NCBI GenBank assembly: GCA_037190905.1
Contig: JBBCKG010000019.1
Coordinates: 16,330-80,329, forward strand
Direction: 5' to 3'
From: Agriterribacter sp.
GTDB lineage: Bacteria; Bacteroidota; Bacteroidia; Chitinophagales; Chitinophagaceae
DNA length: 64,000 nt
In this document: piece by piece, positions 1 through 8,566 of the stretch
Position numbering within the stretch: position 1 is the stretch's first letter
Layout: the number at the start of each line of letters is the position of its first letter
Made by a program: the position numbers and the translations under genes
The notes under the pieces: generated by a model
What the model was told of the DNA's origin: nothing
The model's input: the letters and a program-made list of their open reading frames with translations, nothing else
Databases searched by the model: none

Positions 1-2
1 TT

Positions 3-734
3 TCAGCCGATTTGCTACGTTCTGCAAAAAACACAATCAATTTGAAATATATCTCCGAAAATCAGGAAAAAGATCAAGCGGTTGAATTACACGATCGGGA
101 ACAATTAAATATGTACCATTGGTATAAAGTAAATAAAGATGAAAAATGCTATAAATTATTAGACGGAAATATCGGCTATATCACTTTAGCAAATATCAAA
201 GAAGAAGATATTCCGGAAATCAAAAAATCCTTCTACGAAACCAAAGGCATTATCATTGACATTCGTAATTACCCGTCTACCTTTGTTCCATTTAGCTTAG
301 GCGCTTACTTTTTAACAGAACCAACACCTTTTGTCAAATTTACTATGGGAAACCCCAATAATCCTGGTGAATTTAATTTTACAGAAGTATTATCTATTCC
401 AAATAATGGAAAGACATATAAAGGCAAATTGATTGTTTTAGTTAATGAAAAGTCACAGAGCCAGGCCGAATATACCGCAATGGCATTTCGGGCAGTTAAA
501 AACTCAACCATCATCGGAAGTACAACGGCAGGAGCTGATGGAAACGTTTCTGAAATATTATTACCCGGAGGATTACGAACAATGATTTCAGGAATCGGAG
601 TGTATTATCCGGACGGAAAGGAAACACAGCGAATAGGAATCGTTCCAGACATTACGATAAAAACAACTATTAAAGGCATTAAAGAGGGAAAAGACGAAGT
701 TTTAGAAAAAGCTATCGAAATAATAAACCAATAG
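3..734 (+). CDS. S41 family peptidase (tail-specific/C-terminal processing protease-like), C-terminal part; 5' end outside window
   Basis: The frame is open to the window edge (codons from position 3). The LIVLVNEKSQSQAEYTAMAF block and the C-terminal TTAGADG...GIGVYYPDGKETQRIGIVPDI resemble the S41 peptidase core. The ORF-track start at 12 is an in-frame TTG, not a true start. Confidence 0.7.
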   Translation, partial: SADLLRSAKNTINLKYISENQEKDQAVELHDREQLNMYHWYKVNKDEKCYKLLDGNIGYITLANIKEEDIPEIKKSFYETKGIIIDIRNYPSTFVPFSLGAYFLTEPTPFVKFTMGNPNNPGEFNFTEVLSIPNNGKTYKGKLIVLVNEKSQSQAEYTAMAFRAVKNSTIIGSTTAGADGNVSEILLPGGLRTMISGIGVYYPDGKETQRIGIVPDITIKTTIKGIKEGKDEVLEKAIEIINQ

Positions 735-965
735 TATGCCGGCCTAAAACAAGGGTTTTGCAAACCGAACGAAGTGAGCTCAGCGAAGCTAAATGGCCAG
801 GTTAAGTCAAAGTTGAAGTCCAAACACCCGATACACATAGGGCTATGGTTGACAGGGACAAAAAAACTTACCTTTAATTTCTAATACTTATCGATAAGAC
901 TCCATATTGGCTTATTGATTTTTAGTAAACGGTTGTAGCCCGAATATAAATAAGAAATAGAAACC

Positions 966-1391
966 ATGGCAACTGTAAATCCGTACATATACTTCAACGG
1001 AAATTGCGAAGAAGCATTTAACTTTTACAAAACTGTTTTTCAGAGAGACATTGCATATATCGGGCGATACAAAGACATTCCTCAAACTGACAGAAAAAAT
1101 TTTCGGGAAACAGACGAAAAAATTATGCACGTTTCTTTGCCTATCAGTAGTGAAACCGTTTTAATGGGGGCTGATAATACCGAAGCATATAACGAACTGC
1201 TAACGTATAGCAACTTCTCTCTTATCATTCATACTGACGAAAAACAAGAAGCTGACAGACTATTCAATGAGCTCTCCCAAGGCGGGCAAATAAAAATGCC
1301 GATGAACCTTACTTTTTGGGGATCTTATTATGGAATATGTATAGACAAATTTGGTATTACGTGGAAGGTGACAGTTGAAGTGCAGCACTGA
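966..1391 (+). CDS. VOC (glyoxalase-fold) family protein, PhnB-like
   Basis: 141 aa. NPYIYFNGNCEEAFNFYKTVF...MHVSLPI...LMGAD...FWGSYYGICIDKFGITW matches the PhnB/3-demethylubiquinone methyltransferase-like glyoxalase-fold pattern. Confidence 0.75.
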   Translation: MATVNPYIYFNGNCEEAFNFYKTVFQRDIAYIGRYKDIPQTDRKNFRETDEKIMHVSLPISSETVLMGADNTEAYNELLTYSNFSLIIHTDEKQEADRLFNELSQGGQIKMPMNLTFWGSYYGICIDKFGITWKVTVEVQH

Positions 1392-1665
1392 GTGAACTTT
1401 CTTTACTTTTGACTAACAAAAGCGAACGCACCACAAGCGGTTTTGCAATAGTGCGGCTGACGAGTATAGGTTCAGCTTCGGTAATGCTATGTAACTTTGG
1501 TACAAAATTCGACTGACCGTTCGCTATTGCCATACCATCACAAAACTGCAGCCCGTACCAGCAATTGGAAGTAAAATCAGACAAACTAATCATCTTATAC
1601 AAATGGTGGTGTTTACACGCCAGGCGTAAATTCACTAAATGACTAAAAAAGAAGATGAATAAACA

Positions 1666-2130
1666 ATGAAAAAAAGTAAACTAATAGAAATGAACAACGT
1701 TGGTATCGTTGTTGAAAACCTTGACAATGCCATTTCCTTTTTTACAGAAATAGGACTCAACCTCGAAGGAAGAGCCATGGTTGAAAGCGAATGGGTGGGA
1801 CAAGTAACGGGCCTTGGCAATCAGAGCGTAGAGATTGCGATGATGGTTACACCTGATGGACACAGCCGACTTGAACTCTCAAGATTTTTAACGCCGGTAA
1901 CTATTTCAGACCATAGAACAGCACCTGTTAATGCTCTCGGGTATCTAAGAGTTATGTTCAGAGTTGACGATATTGATGAGTTGGTCTCCAGACTTACTCA
2001 ACAAGGCGCAGAACTGGTTGGCGAAGTGGTTCGGTATGAAGACGTATATAAGCTATGCTACATTCGTGGAGTTGAAGGACTTCTGATTGGACTAGCAGAA
2101 CAGCTAAATGAAAAAACAACAAACCCCTGA
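1666..2130 (+). CDS. VOC family protein (glyoxalase/bleomycin-resistance/dioxygenase fold)
   Basis: 154 aa. N-terminal MNNVGIVVENLDNAISFFTEIGL beta-alpha-beta-beta-beta start is typical of VOC proteins. Confidence 0.7.
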   Translation: MKKSKLIEMNNVGIVVENLDNAISFFTEIGLNLEGRAMVESEWVGQVTGLGNQSVEIAMMVTPDGHSRLELSRFLTPVTISDHRTAPVNALGYLRVMFRVDDIDELVSRLTQQGAELVGEVVRYEDVYKLCYIRGVEGLLIGLAEQLNEKTTNP

Positions 2131-2193
2131 CAAGGCTTGGGCGCCGGGCAGCAAACCGTTGTAGAAAACCTCAACCGATAACCAGTAAACACA

Positions 2194-2775
2194 ATGGACG
2201 ATTTTAAAATCTTTAAAAATTGGCTGAAACAAGTTTCCTTTTTAACGGAAAATGACTGTTCACTTTTTGAACCTTTTTTAAAGACAAAGAACTACCCCGC
2301 CAAAGCGTATTTTCTGACAGAAGGAAAAGTTTGTCAGGAAATTGGCTTTGTAAACAAAGGCAGTTTCCGAACGTATTACCTTGCAGATGGAAAAGAAATC
2401 AATACGCATTTCATGTTTGACAATGATTTTGTAACGGACTACGACAGCTTTTTACAAAGCAAACCAAGCCGGTATTTTATACAGGCATTGGAAGAAACGC
2501 AAATCGTAACATTCAATTTATCGGCTTTGCAAAATGCCTACGATCAATCAAAAAACTGGGAACGCTTTGGCAGAATGATAGCCGAGCAATCTTACAAACT
2601 GACAACCCGACGAGTGGAAAGTTTTTTGTTTTTGGACGGGGAACAGCGTTATCTTGATTTACTCAACAATCAACCAAAAATTTTTGAGCGAATACCACTT
2701 TATCATATCGCCTCATACCTGGGGCTTGAACGTGAAAGTGTAAGCCGCCTGCGAAAAAAAATAGCAGCCAGGTAA
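2194..2775 (+). CDS. Crp/Fnr family transcriptional regulator (cNMP-binding domain plus C-terminal HTH)
   Basis: 193 aa, the size and layout of small Bacteroidota Crp regulators. Has a C-terminal HTH-like IPLYHIASYLGLERESVSRLRKK. Confidence 0.75.
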   Translation: MDDFKIFKNWLKQVSFLTENDCSLFEPFLKTKNYPAKAYFLTEGKVCQEIGFVNKGSFRTYYLADGKEINTHFMFDNDFVTDYDSFLQSKPSRYFIQALEETQIVTFNLSALQNAYDQSKNWERFGRMIAEQSYKLTTRRVESFLFLDGEQRYLDLLNNQPKIFERIPLYHIASYLGLERESVSRLRKKIAAR

Positions 2776-2863
2776 CTATTGTAACATTTGTCAATTTCTC
2801 CCTTATTTCACTTTTGGACTTTTGCAGTGTACAATTTAATGTTTCACTTTAAAAGGCTTCAAA

Positions 2864-3496
2864 ATGAAAAAAGCAATCTTTTCCATTACAACAGTAACAG
2901 CGATGATATTTGCGGGTTGCAGCACATCAAAACAAGTAACAATTCCGCTTAGTCGCTCCCTTGAGTTGGACGACACTTACACCATTATCTGGAACGGCAT
3001 CAGTAAAGCATACCGCTACGATAGCGGACAATGGTTGCGGGCCGAGGACTACGATTATCAATTTGACGTTGTTCAAAAGCGTTATGACAAGCATTGGAAA
3101 TCCGTTAAGTCGCTTCATCGTATTCACCCGGACTATGACGGAAAAGCAGGCGAAAGAGACCAGACCATGTATTTTGAGGTTGCTTACAAAAATCTGATGA
3201 ACGAAAAAGTACAGGCAACTATCAATTCGTCATTAGGCAATGGAACAGGAATTACCGACACCGAATTTCGCAACGCCGAACTGACAATGTATGTTCCGAA
3301 TGCAAGCAGGTTTACGCCGTATAACAAATTCAGAATTATACAAAATTACGATTATGAAAAAGGCATACTCACTGAAACGGTTGAACTCATTAAGGAAAAA
3401 GACGGCAAAGAAACACCGTTTATGAAAAACGAAGAAACTGCTTTGATTTTCATTAAAGGTGAACTGGACAAAGCACCAACAACCTTTAAACAATAA
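2864..3496 (+). CDS. Hypothetical lipoprotein
   Basis: 210 aa. Signal peptide ending in the lipobox-like MIFAGC-S. No recognisable catalytic motif. Confidence 0.5.
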   Translation: MKKAIFSITTVTAMIFAGCSTSKQVTIPLSRSLELDDTYTIIWNGISKAYRYDSGQWLRAEDYDYQFDVVQKRYDKHWKSVKSLHRIHPDYDGKAGERDQTMYFEVAYKNLMNEKVQATINSSLGNGTGITDTEFRNAELTMYVPNASRFTPYNKFRIIQNYDYEKGILTETVELIKEKDGKETPFMKNEETALIFIKGELDKAPTTFKQ

Positions 3497-3829
3497 CAGC
3501 CACAACAAACGAAACACGAAAAACAAGCGGTGTTATGCTGTTTTCCGATCCGGCAATTATTCATGGTGGGTATTTTTAATGTGTGTGCTTGCGAACAATG
3601 CAAAGAATTAGCACTTACAGACTTTCAAAAATCAATGTTTCGGGCAGGATACGCCCAGCGGGAGGTTGGGTAATTCCTGCTATGATGGTTCAGCTTTTAC
3701 TCAAACCTCCACACCCTAAACCATCCATATGGGTGTGTTCCCCAAAAAAAAATTAAAAAATCTGTGATATTCTAACTGTGTGTGCGAATAATTTAAAAAT
3801 AGAATTTGAACGGCTAATTATTTAACTGA

Positions 3830-4339
3830 ATGGGCAGACCTGAAAATGCTGACATATTCCTATCTGTTATTCAAGCCAATAAGGGGATAATTTATAAGAT
3901 TGCGAATATGTATTGCAAAAGGATGGAAGACCGGCAAGACCTTTGTCAGGAAATTATTATTCAGTTATGGAAATCATTTGACAACTATGATGACCATTTC
4001 AAGCACTCAACCTGGATATACCGAATTTCATTGAATGTTGCCATATCCTTTTATAGAAAAGAAAACAGCAGAAGAAAACTGGCAAATGCTTTAACAGACG
4101 GCATCATCCATTTTCCGGATGCGCACTGCTCTGAAGATACAGCAACGGATTTAAGCATTTTACAGCAAATGATTGGTCAACTCAAAGATCTGGATAAAGC
4201 ATTAATGCTGCTTTATCTGGAAGAAAAGAGCCACAAAGAAATAGCTCAGATTATTGGTATATCTGAAACAAATGTAGCTACAAAAATAAACCGCATCAAA
4301 AACAGCTTTAAAGAAAAATTTCTCCAAATAAAAAAATAA
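3830..4339 (+). CDS. RNA polymerase sigma-70 family ECF sigma factor
   Basis: 169 aa. Region 2-like DLCQEIIIQLWKSFDNYD...STWIYRISLN and region 4 HTH SHKEIAQIIGISETNVATKINRIK. Confidence 0.85.
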   Translation: MGRPENADIFLSVIQANKGIIYKIANMYCKRMEDRQDLCQEIIIQLWKSFDNYDDHFKHSTWIYRISLNVAISFYRKENSRRKLANALTDGIIHFPDAHCSEDTATDLSILQQMIGQLKDLDKALMLLYLEEKSHKEIAQIIGISETNVATKINRIKNSFKEKFLQIKK

Positions 4340-4340
4340 A

Positions 4341-5000
4341 ATGGAAAACATAGAATTGATTGATATCTGGAAGGCACAAAATGCCAAGATTGAAAAAACA
4401 TTAGCCATCAATGAACTACTCTTGAAAGAAGTCACCAACAATAAAGTCAGGTCTTCTTTGAAATCATTGACAACCTTAAAAACAGCAGGTATAGTTGCGT
4501 TTATTCTTTATATATTGCTGCTAAGCTACCTATTGGTGTATGCTTTTGCCAACTATTCATCTGCGTTGAATTATTTTATCGTCTCCATTTCAGTAATCAC
4601 TGTAGTAAACCTGAAAGGTCTTGCAGATTATATAAAACATCTTGTTTGGGCGAATAATATTAACTATGACGGCAGCGTAATGGATATTCAACAGCAATTA
4701 TCACAATTGCAATTGTCTATAATCAGTCACGCTAAAACAATGTGTATACAAATTCCTTTTTACACCACATTTTATTTGAGCAACAAATGGTTTCCGCACG
4801 AAGTCGGATTTGGATACATCATTTTACAGGCAGCAATAACGGGTTCTTTTACACTGTTAGCTTACTGGCTATTTAAAAACCATAAACCCGAAAACTTAAA
4901 CAAAAAATGGTTTAGAAATATGATAGCAGGTTCGGGCGGAAAGTCTGTTATGAAGGCAATGGGATTTTATAAGGAAATGGAAGCTTTTAGAAAAGGCTGA
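4341..5000 (+). CDS. Multi-pass membrane protein, possible anti-sigma partner of the upstream ECF sigma factor
   Basis: 219 aa. The start codon is 1 nt after the sigma gene stop, implying translational coupling. A soluble N-terminal segment of about 45 aa is followed by several hydrophobic helices (GIVAFILYILLLSYLLVYAF, GYIILQAAITGSFTLLAYWLF). The function is inferred from position only. Confidence 0.5.
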   Translation: MENIELIDIWKAQNAKIEKTLAINELLLKEVTNNKVRSSLKSLTTLKTAGIVAFILYILLLSYLLVYAFANYSSALNYFIVSISVITVVNLKGLADYIKHLVWANNINYDGSVMDIQQQLSQLQLSIISHAKTMCIQIPFYTTFYLSNKWFPHEVGFGYIILQAAITGSFTLLAYWLFKNHKPENLNKKWFRNMIAGSGGKSVMKAMGFYKEMEAFRKG

Positions 5001-5072
5001 ATAAAAACACCGGCATATCCCAGGTTGTGTGTCCGATCAGGACGACCATGCTAAACATAAACCATCAATGAA

Positions 5073-5945
5073 ATGGATTTTATTACAATAGACTTTGAAA
5101 CCGCAAATGCGAAACGGGAAAGTCCTTGCGAAATTGGTTTAACTTTCGTTCAAGGCAGGCGAATCGTAGAAACAAAATCATGGTTAATCAAACCGATGTA
5201 TAACAAGTTTGATTATTTCAATAAGGCTATTCACGGTATCAGCCCCGAACTAGTTGCAGACAAACCAGAATTTAATGAACTTTGGATCGAAATAAAACCG
5301 CTTGTAGAAAATCAGTTGTTGATTGCCCATAATGCCGGATTTGACATTAGCGTACTATGCAAGACACTAGAGTTATATGAACTTTCACTTCCTGCCTTAA
5401 ATTATTTTTGTAGTTATTTCTTGTCAAAAAAAGTCTGGAAAGGACTTCCGGCTTACGACCTCAAAACGCTTTGCAAAGTCAATAATATAGACCTAAATCA
5501 TCATAGAGCAGGCGCAGACAGTAAAGCGGCAGCCGAACTGACTTTAAAAGCATTTGATATTGCTGGCATTTATTCTATCAACGACTTTCCAGAAAAACTA
5601 GGTACAACAATTAAACAACTTTATAAATCAAAATATCTAGCAAAAAATGTTGGTGACCCTACAAGCCACAATCCTGAGAGTATTTTTTATGACAAGACAG
5701 TTGTTTTTACAGGAACATTATCGTCCATGACAAGAAGAGAAGCACAACAAATCGTTACAAATACTGGTGGAATTAACGGAAACAGTGTAACAAAAGACAC
5801 AGACTTTTTAGTTGTTGGACAACAAGACTATCGTATTATCGGCGACGATGAAATGAGTAATAAACAAGAAAAAGCAGTTAAGTTAATTGAAAAAGGGGCA
5901 ACCCTCGAAATCATATCGGAAGACGACTTTTTAAAAAACTTATGA
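5073..5945 (+). CDS. DnaQ-like 3'-5' exonuclease fused to a C-terminal BRCT domain
   Basis: 290 aa. Exo I motif FITIDFETAN, Exo II-like LIAHNAGFDISVL and Exo III-like HHRAGADSKAAAEL. C-terminal VVFTGTLSSMTRREAQQIVTNTGGINGNSVTKDTDFLVVG is BRCT-like, as in NAD-dependent ligases. Confidence 0.75.
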   Translation: MDFITIDFETANAKRESPCEIGLTFVQGRRIVETKSWLIKPMYNKFDYFNKAIHGISPELVADKPEFNELWIEIKPLVENQLLIAHNAGFDISVLCKTLELYELSLPALNYFCSYFLSKKVWKGLPAYDLKTLCKVNNIDLNHHRAGADSKAAAELTLKAFDIAGIYSINDFPEKLGTTIKQLYKSKYLAKNVGDPTSHNPESIFYDKTVVFTGTLSSMTRREAQQIVTNTGGINGNSVTKDTDFLVVGQQDYRIIGDDEMSNKQEKAVKLIEKGATLEIISEDDFLKNL

Positions 5946-6264
5946 TTAGAAACAAAAAATCTAACACACTTTAAATATTTGTGTTAAAAAGCCCGTCAAT
6001 CGCCAACACCCGAACCCTTTAGTCGTCATTTTTAGGCTCTAAAAACTAACACTCCAATCAACATCACATACTTTTTTTGTGATTAACTTCTTTTTTCGGA
6101 CTATTTACGAAAGGCATTAAGGAGGATTTGGAACAACTAAGAAAACAAAGCATGAACATTGTTCGAGACTAAAAAACATGGAAGCAAAAAATATATTCGT
6201 ACTGCTGTAGCTTAATGTCGAACCCTTACGGCGGCAGGTGCTGATAGTACGCAGGCAACAAACC

Positions 6265-7104
6265 CTATATCACAAAATCAATACCTTCCAGCCCGGTATT
6301 GTTTCTTACCCGTACTTCACTTTTATGGTACACGAGCGAATAAGGCGGAACGCTTTCCGTAAGCCACACGTTACCTCCGATAATAGAATCGTGCCCGATA
6401 ACGGTATGTCCCCCCAGGATAGTGGTACCGGAGTAGATGATGACGTTGTCTTCAATAGTAGGATGACGTTTTACATCGGCCAGTTCTTTCGATACACTCA
6501 TAGCGCCGAGGGTTACCCCCTGGTACACCTTCACATTATTACCGATCACGCAGGTTTCGCCAATCACGATACCGGTGCCGTGGTCTATAAAAAAGCCTTT
6601 GCCGATGGTTGCGCCGGGGTTGATATCGATACCGGTGGCGCTGTGGGCATACTCCGAAAAAAGCCGGGGCAACACGGGCACTTTCATGCGGTACAACTCG
6701 TGGGAAATCCGGTGCACGGTTACAGCAAAAAAACCCGGGTAGGCTGCCAGCACCTCTTCTATGGAATGTGCGGCAGGATCGAAATGCAAGATGCTGATCG
6801 CATCGCGATGTAACTCCTCGAATATTTCAGGCAACTGCCCGAACAAACCGTTCACTACCGCCACCGCTCTTTCAGCGTCTGCGAGTATGGGCTCCAACAG
6901 GTTTTGTAACCCGGTCTGCAATTGCCCGATCTCGGCTTCCCCGTACGTTTTATCGCTACGCACGGGGAAGAGAAATTCAAAAAGCGCGTTGATCCACTTT
7001 CGGGTATCGCAGTTGGGAGGTATGGGGCGCAATTCACTCCGGAAACGATCATGGATATTCTGCAGTTCGTGCCGCAGTATGCCGAGATTATTTTTCGTTA
7101 CCAT
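6265..7104 (-). CDS. cysE: Serine O-acetyltransferase
   Basis: Hexapeptide-repeat core GATIGKGFFIDHGTGIVIGETCVIGNNVKVYQGVTLGA...RHPTIEDNVIIYSGTTILGG. The ORF-track start at 7254 would overlap cysM, so I used the internal ATG at 7104 (MVTKNN...), 20 bp after the cysM stop. Confidence 0.85.
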   Translation of the reverse strand: MVTKNNLGILRHELQNIHDRFRSELRPIPPNCDTRKWINALFEFLFPVRSDKTYGEAEIGQLQTGLQNLLEPILADAERAVAVVNGLFGQLPEIFEELHRDAISILHFDPAAHSIEEVLAAYPGFFAVTVHRISHELYRMKVPVLPRLFSEYAHSATGIDINPGATIGKGFFIDHGTGIVIGETCVIGNNVKVYQGVTLGAMSVSKELADVKRHPTIEDNVIIYSGTTILGGHTVIGHDSIIGGNVWLTESVPPYSLVYHKSEVRVRNNTGLEGIDFVI

Positions 7105-7124
7105 ATCCTTTCTTTTTCGGAAAG

Positions 7125-8006
7125 TTAATCGAAAAGATCGGAAGATAAGTACCGGTCGCCGCGATCGCATATAATAGCCACCACTACCCCGCTCTCCAAT
7201 GTTTTTGCCAGCTCTACAGCGGCATGTACGGCACCTCCGCTGCTCATGCCGCAAAAAATACCCTCTTCCCTGGCCAGTCTTTTGGTCATGTTGCGGGCAT
7301 CTTTTTCGCTCACCTCCAATATCGTATCTATCTTGGAACGGTCAAATATTTTAGGCAGGTATTCCTGGGGCCATTTGCGTATACCGGGTATTTGTGAGTT
7401 TTCGGTGGGCTGACAGCCGGCAATCACAATGTTGTTGTTTTGCTCCTTCAGGTAATCAGCTACCCCCATGATGGTACCCGTGGTACCCATAGACGATACG
7501 AAATGAGTGATAGCCCCGCGCGTATCTCTCCATATTTCCGGGCCGGTGGTTTTGTAATGAATACCCGGATTATCGGGATTGGCAAACTGGTTGAGCATAT
7601 GGTAGCCGCCCTGGCGTACCAGTTCATTAGCGTAATCTATGGCGCCTTCCATGGCTCTTTTTTTCGGCGTAAGGGTTACTTTGGCGCCGAAAGCCCGCAT
7701 GGTGAGTACACGCTCGCGGGTGGCATCCTCCGGCATTACCAGCTCAATTTCCACTCCGAAAAGACTGGCTATCATAGCCAGGGCTATTCCCGTATTGCCG
7801 CTGGTAGCTTCTACCAGTTTAATGCCCGGCTGCAGCTCTCCCCTGTCCAGCGCCCCCTTGATCATTCCATAGGCCGCACGGTCTTTCACACTCCCTCCGG
7901 GGTTATTGCCCTCCAGTTTACAATATATGCTAACGTTTTGCTGCTGATAAATACTTTTCAACGATACCATGGGTGTATTACCCACCAGTTCTAATATTCC
8001 CGACAT
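7125..8006 (-). CDS. cysM: Cysteine synthase B-type PLP enzyme (O-acetylserine sulfhydrylase)
   Basis: 293 aa. Long blocks recalled from E. coli CysM: LEGNNPGGSVKDRAA, EATSGNTGIALAMIA, THFVSSMGTTGTIMGV, IPGIRKWPQEYLP, VVAIICDRGDRYLS. Confidence 0.85.
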   Translation of the reverse strand: MSGILELVGNTPMVSLKSIYQQQNVSIYCKLEGNNPGGSVKDRAAYGMIKGALDRGELQPGIKLVEATSGNTGIALAMIASLFGVEIELVMPEDATRERVLTMRAFGAKVTLTPKKRAMEGAIDYANELVRQGGYHMLNQFANPDNPGIHYKTTGPEIWRDTRGAITHFVSSMGTTGTIMGVADYLKEQNNNIVIAGCQPTENSQIPGIRKWPQEYLPKIFDRSKIDTILEVSEKDARNMTKRLAREEGIFCGMSSGGAVHAAVELAKTLESGVVVAIICDRGDRYLSSDLFD

Positions 8007-8566
8007 AATAATAAATGATAATGATGTTGTTTTGTTTCCTGATTTTGGCGAAGCTATCCGTTATGGCAACAATCCGCCCTGATGATAAGTGTACTGCTCA
8101 ATAACAAGCAATCAACTGGTATGCGTGCTGAAAACTTCTTATATACATCGGGCGATGGAGCTGATGGAATACACCGGAAATAATAACATGGCGCAAAGAT
8201 AAACAGATTTCCGGGGCATGAAAATAAATTTATACCAATGCTGTCTGTGCCGATAAAGGGGCCTTTCCGCGGGAGGTTGCACAACCGTTTCGCTAACCGG
8301 CTATACAGCGTTTTATACGCAATCGTTTGCCGGTATGTATTGCATTAGTTTTTCGGCAATTCCTGCCAAATATGCCTTTAAAATCAAAATAACGGATTAC
8401 CTTAGCACACGCCTGGGCGTATTATCATCTTCGCAGGCGCCTGTCCGCCTGTAGGGTCACTGCTGGTTGGTCTGACGCCGGTGACAAACAAAACTGGTGC
8501 AAAAAAACTGGCTTTTACAACGGAGGCAAATACACCCGCACACCCCTTTAAACTTTTAATTGCAAA

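Noticed and set aside
6217-6225. GTCGAACCC (reverse complement GGGTTCGAC) resembles a tRNA T-loop at the composition boundary, hinting at a tRNA-linked integration site.
   Set aside because: The flanking sequence does not form a T-stem, acceptor stem or any cloverleaf on either strand, so it is an isolated short match.
1-6264. The AT-rich, co-directional array of small genes could be an integron-type cassette array (CALIN) with attC sites in the spacers.
   Set aside because: I looked in each spacer for paired RYYYAAC...GTTRRRY core sites with an intervening imperfect palindrome. The only GTTRRRY match noted (GTTAAGT near 803) has no complementary R'' partner or foldable attC structure. The short spacers (63, 72, 88 bp) contain no such sites. 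The ECF sigma and membrane-protein pair is translationally coupled rather than being separate cassettes.
6265-7254. Several ORF-track entries have long N-terminal extensions. These include cysE to 7254, the cytochrome to 15426, SusC to 21275, pstS to 26651, the CBM48-like gene to 27250, the PRT to 29948, the kinase to 35659, the beta-helix protein to 43814, the exonuclease to 50021, the AKR from 57055 and the regulator to 61916.
   Set aside because: The extensions overlap upstream genes or encode implausible Arg/Cys-rich or hydrophobic leaders. Internal ATGs give canonical N-termini or signal peptides, so the features were trimmed rather than read as unusual fusions.
6238-7994. 184-191-aa antisense ORFs lie opposite cysE (6238-6813) and cysM (7440-7994). 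Similar long shadows lie opposite secDF (37272-38009), dnaJ (52676-53374), nagB (9482-10048) and the CCG-domain and hypothetical genes (32893-33504, 33508-34062).
   Set aside because: In every case the opposite strand encodes a protein with strong family motifs, and the antisense translation has none. There is no independent evidence for overlapping genes.
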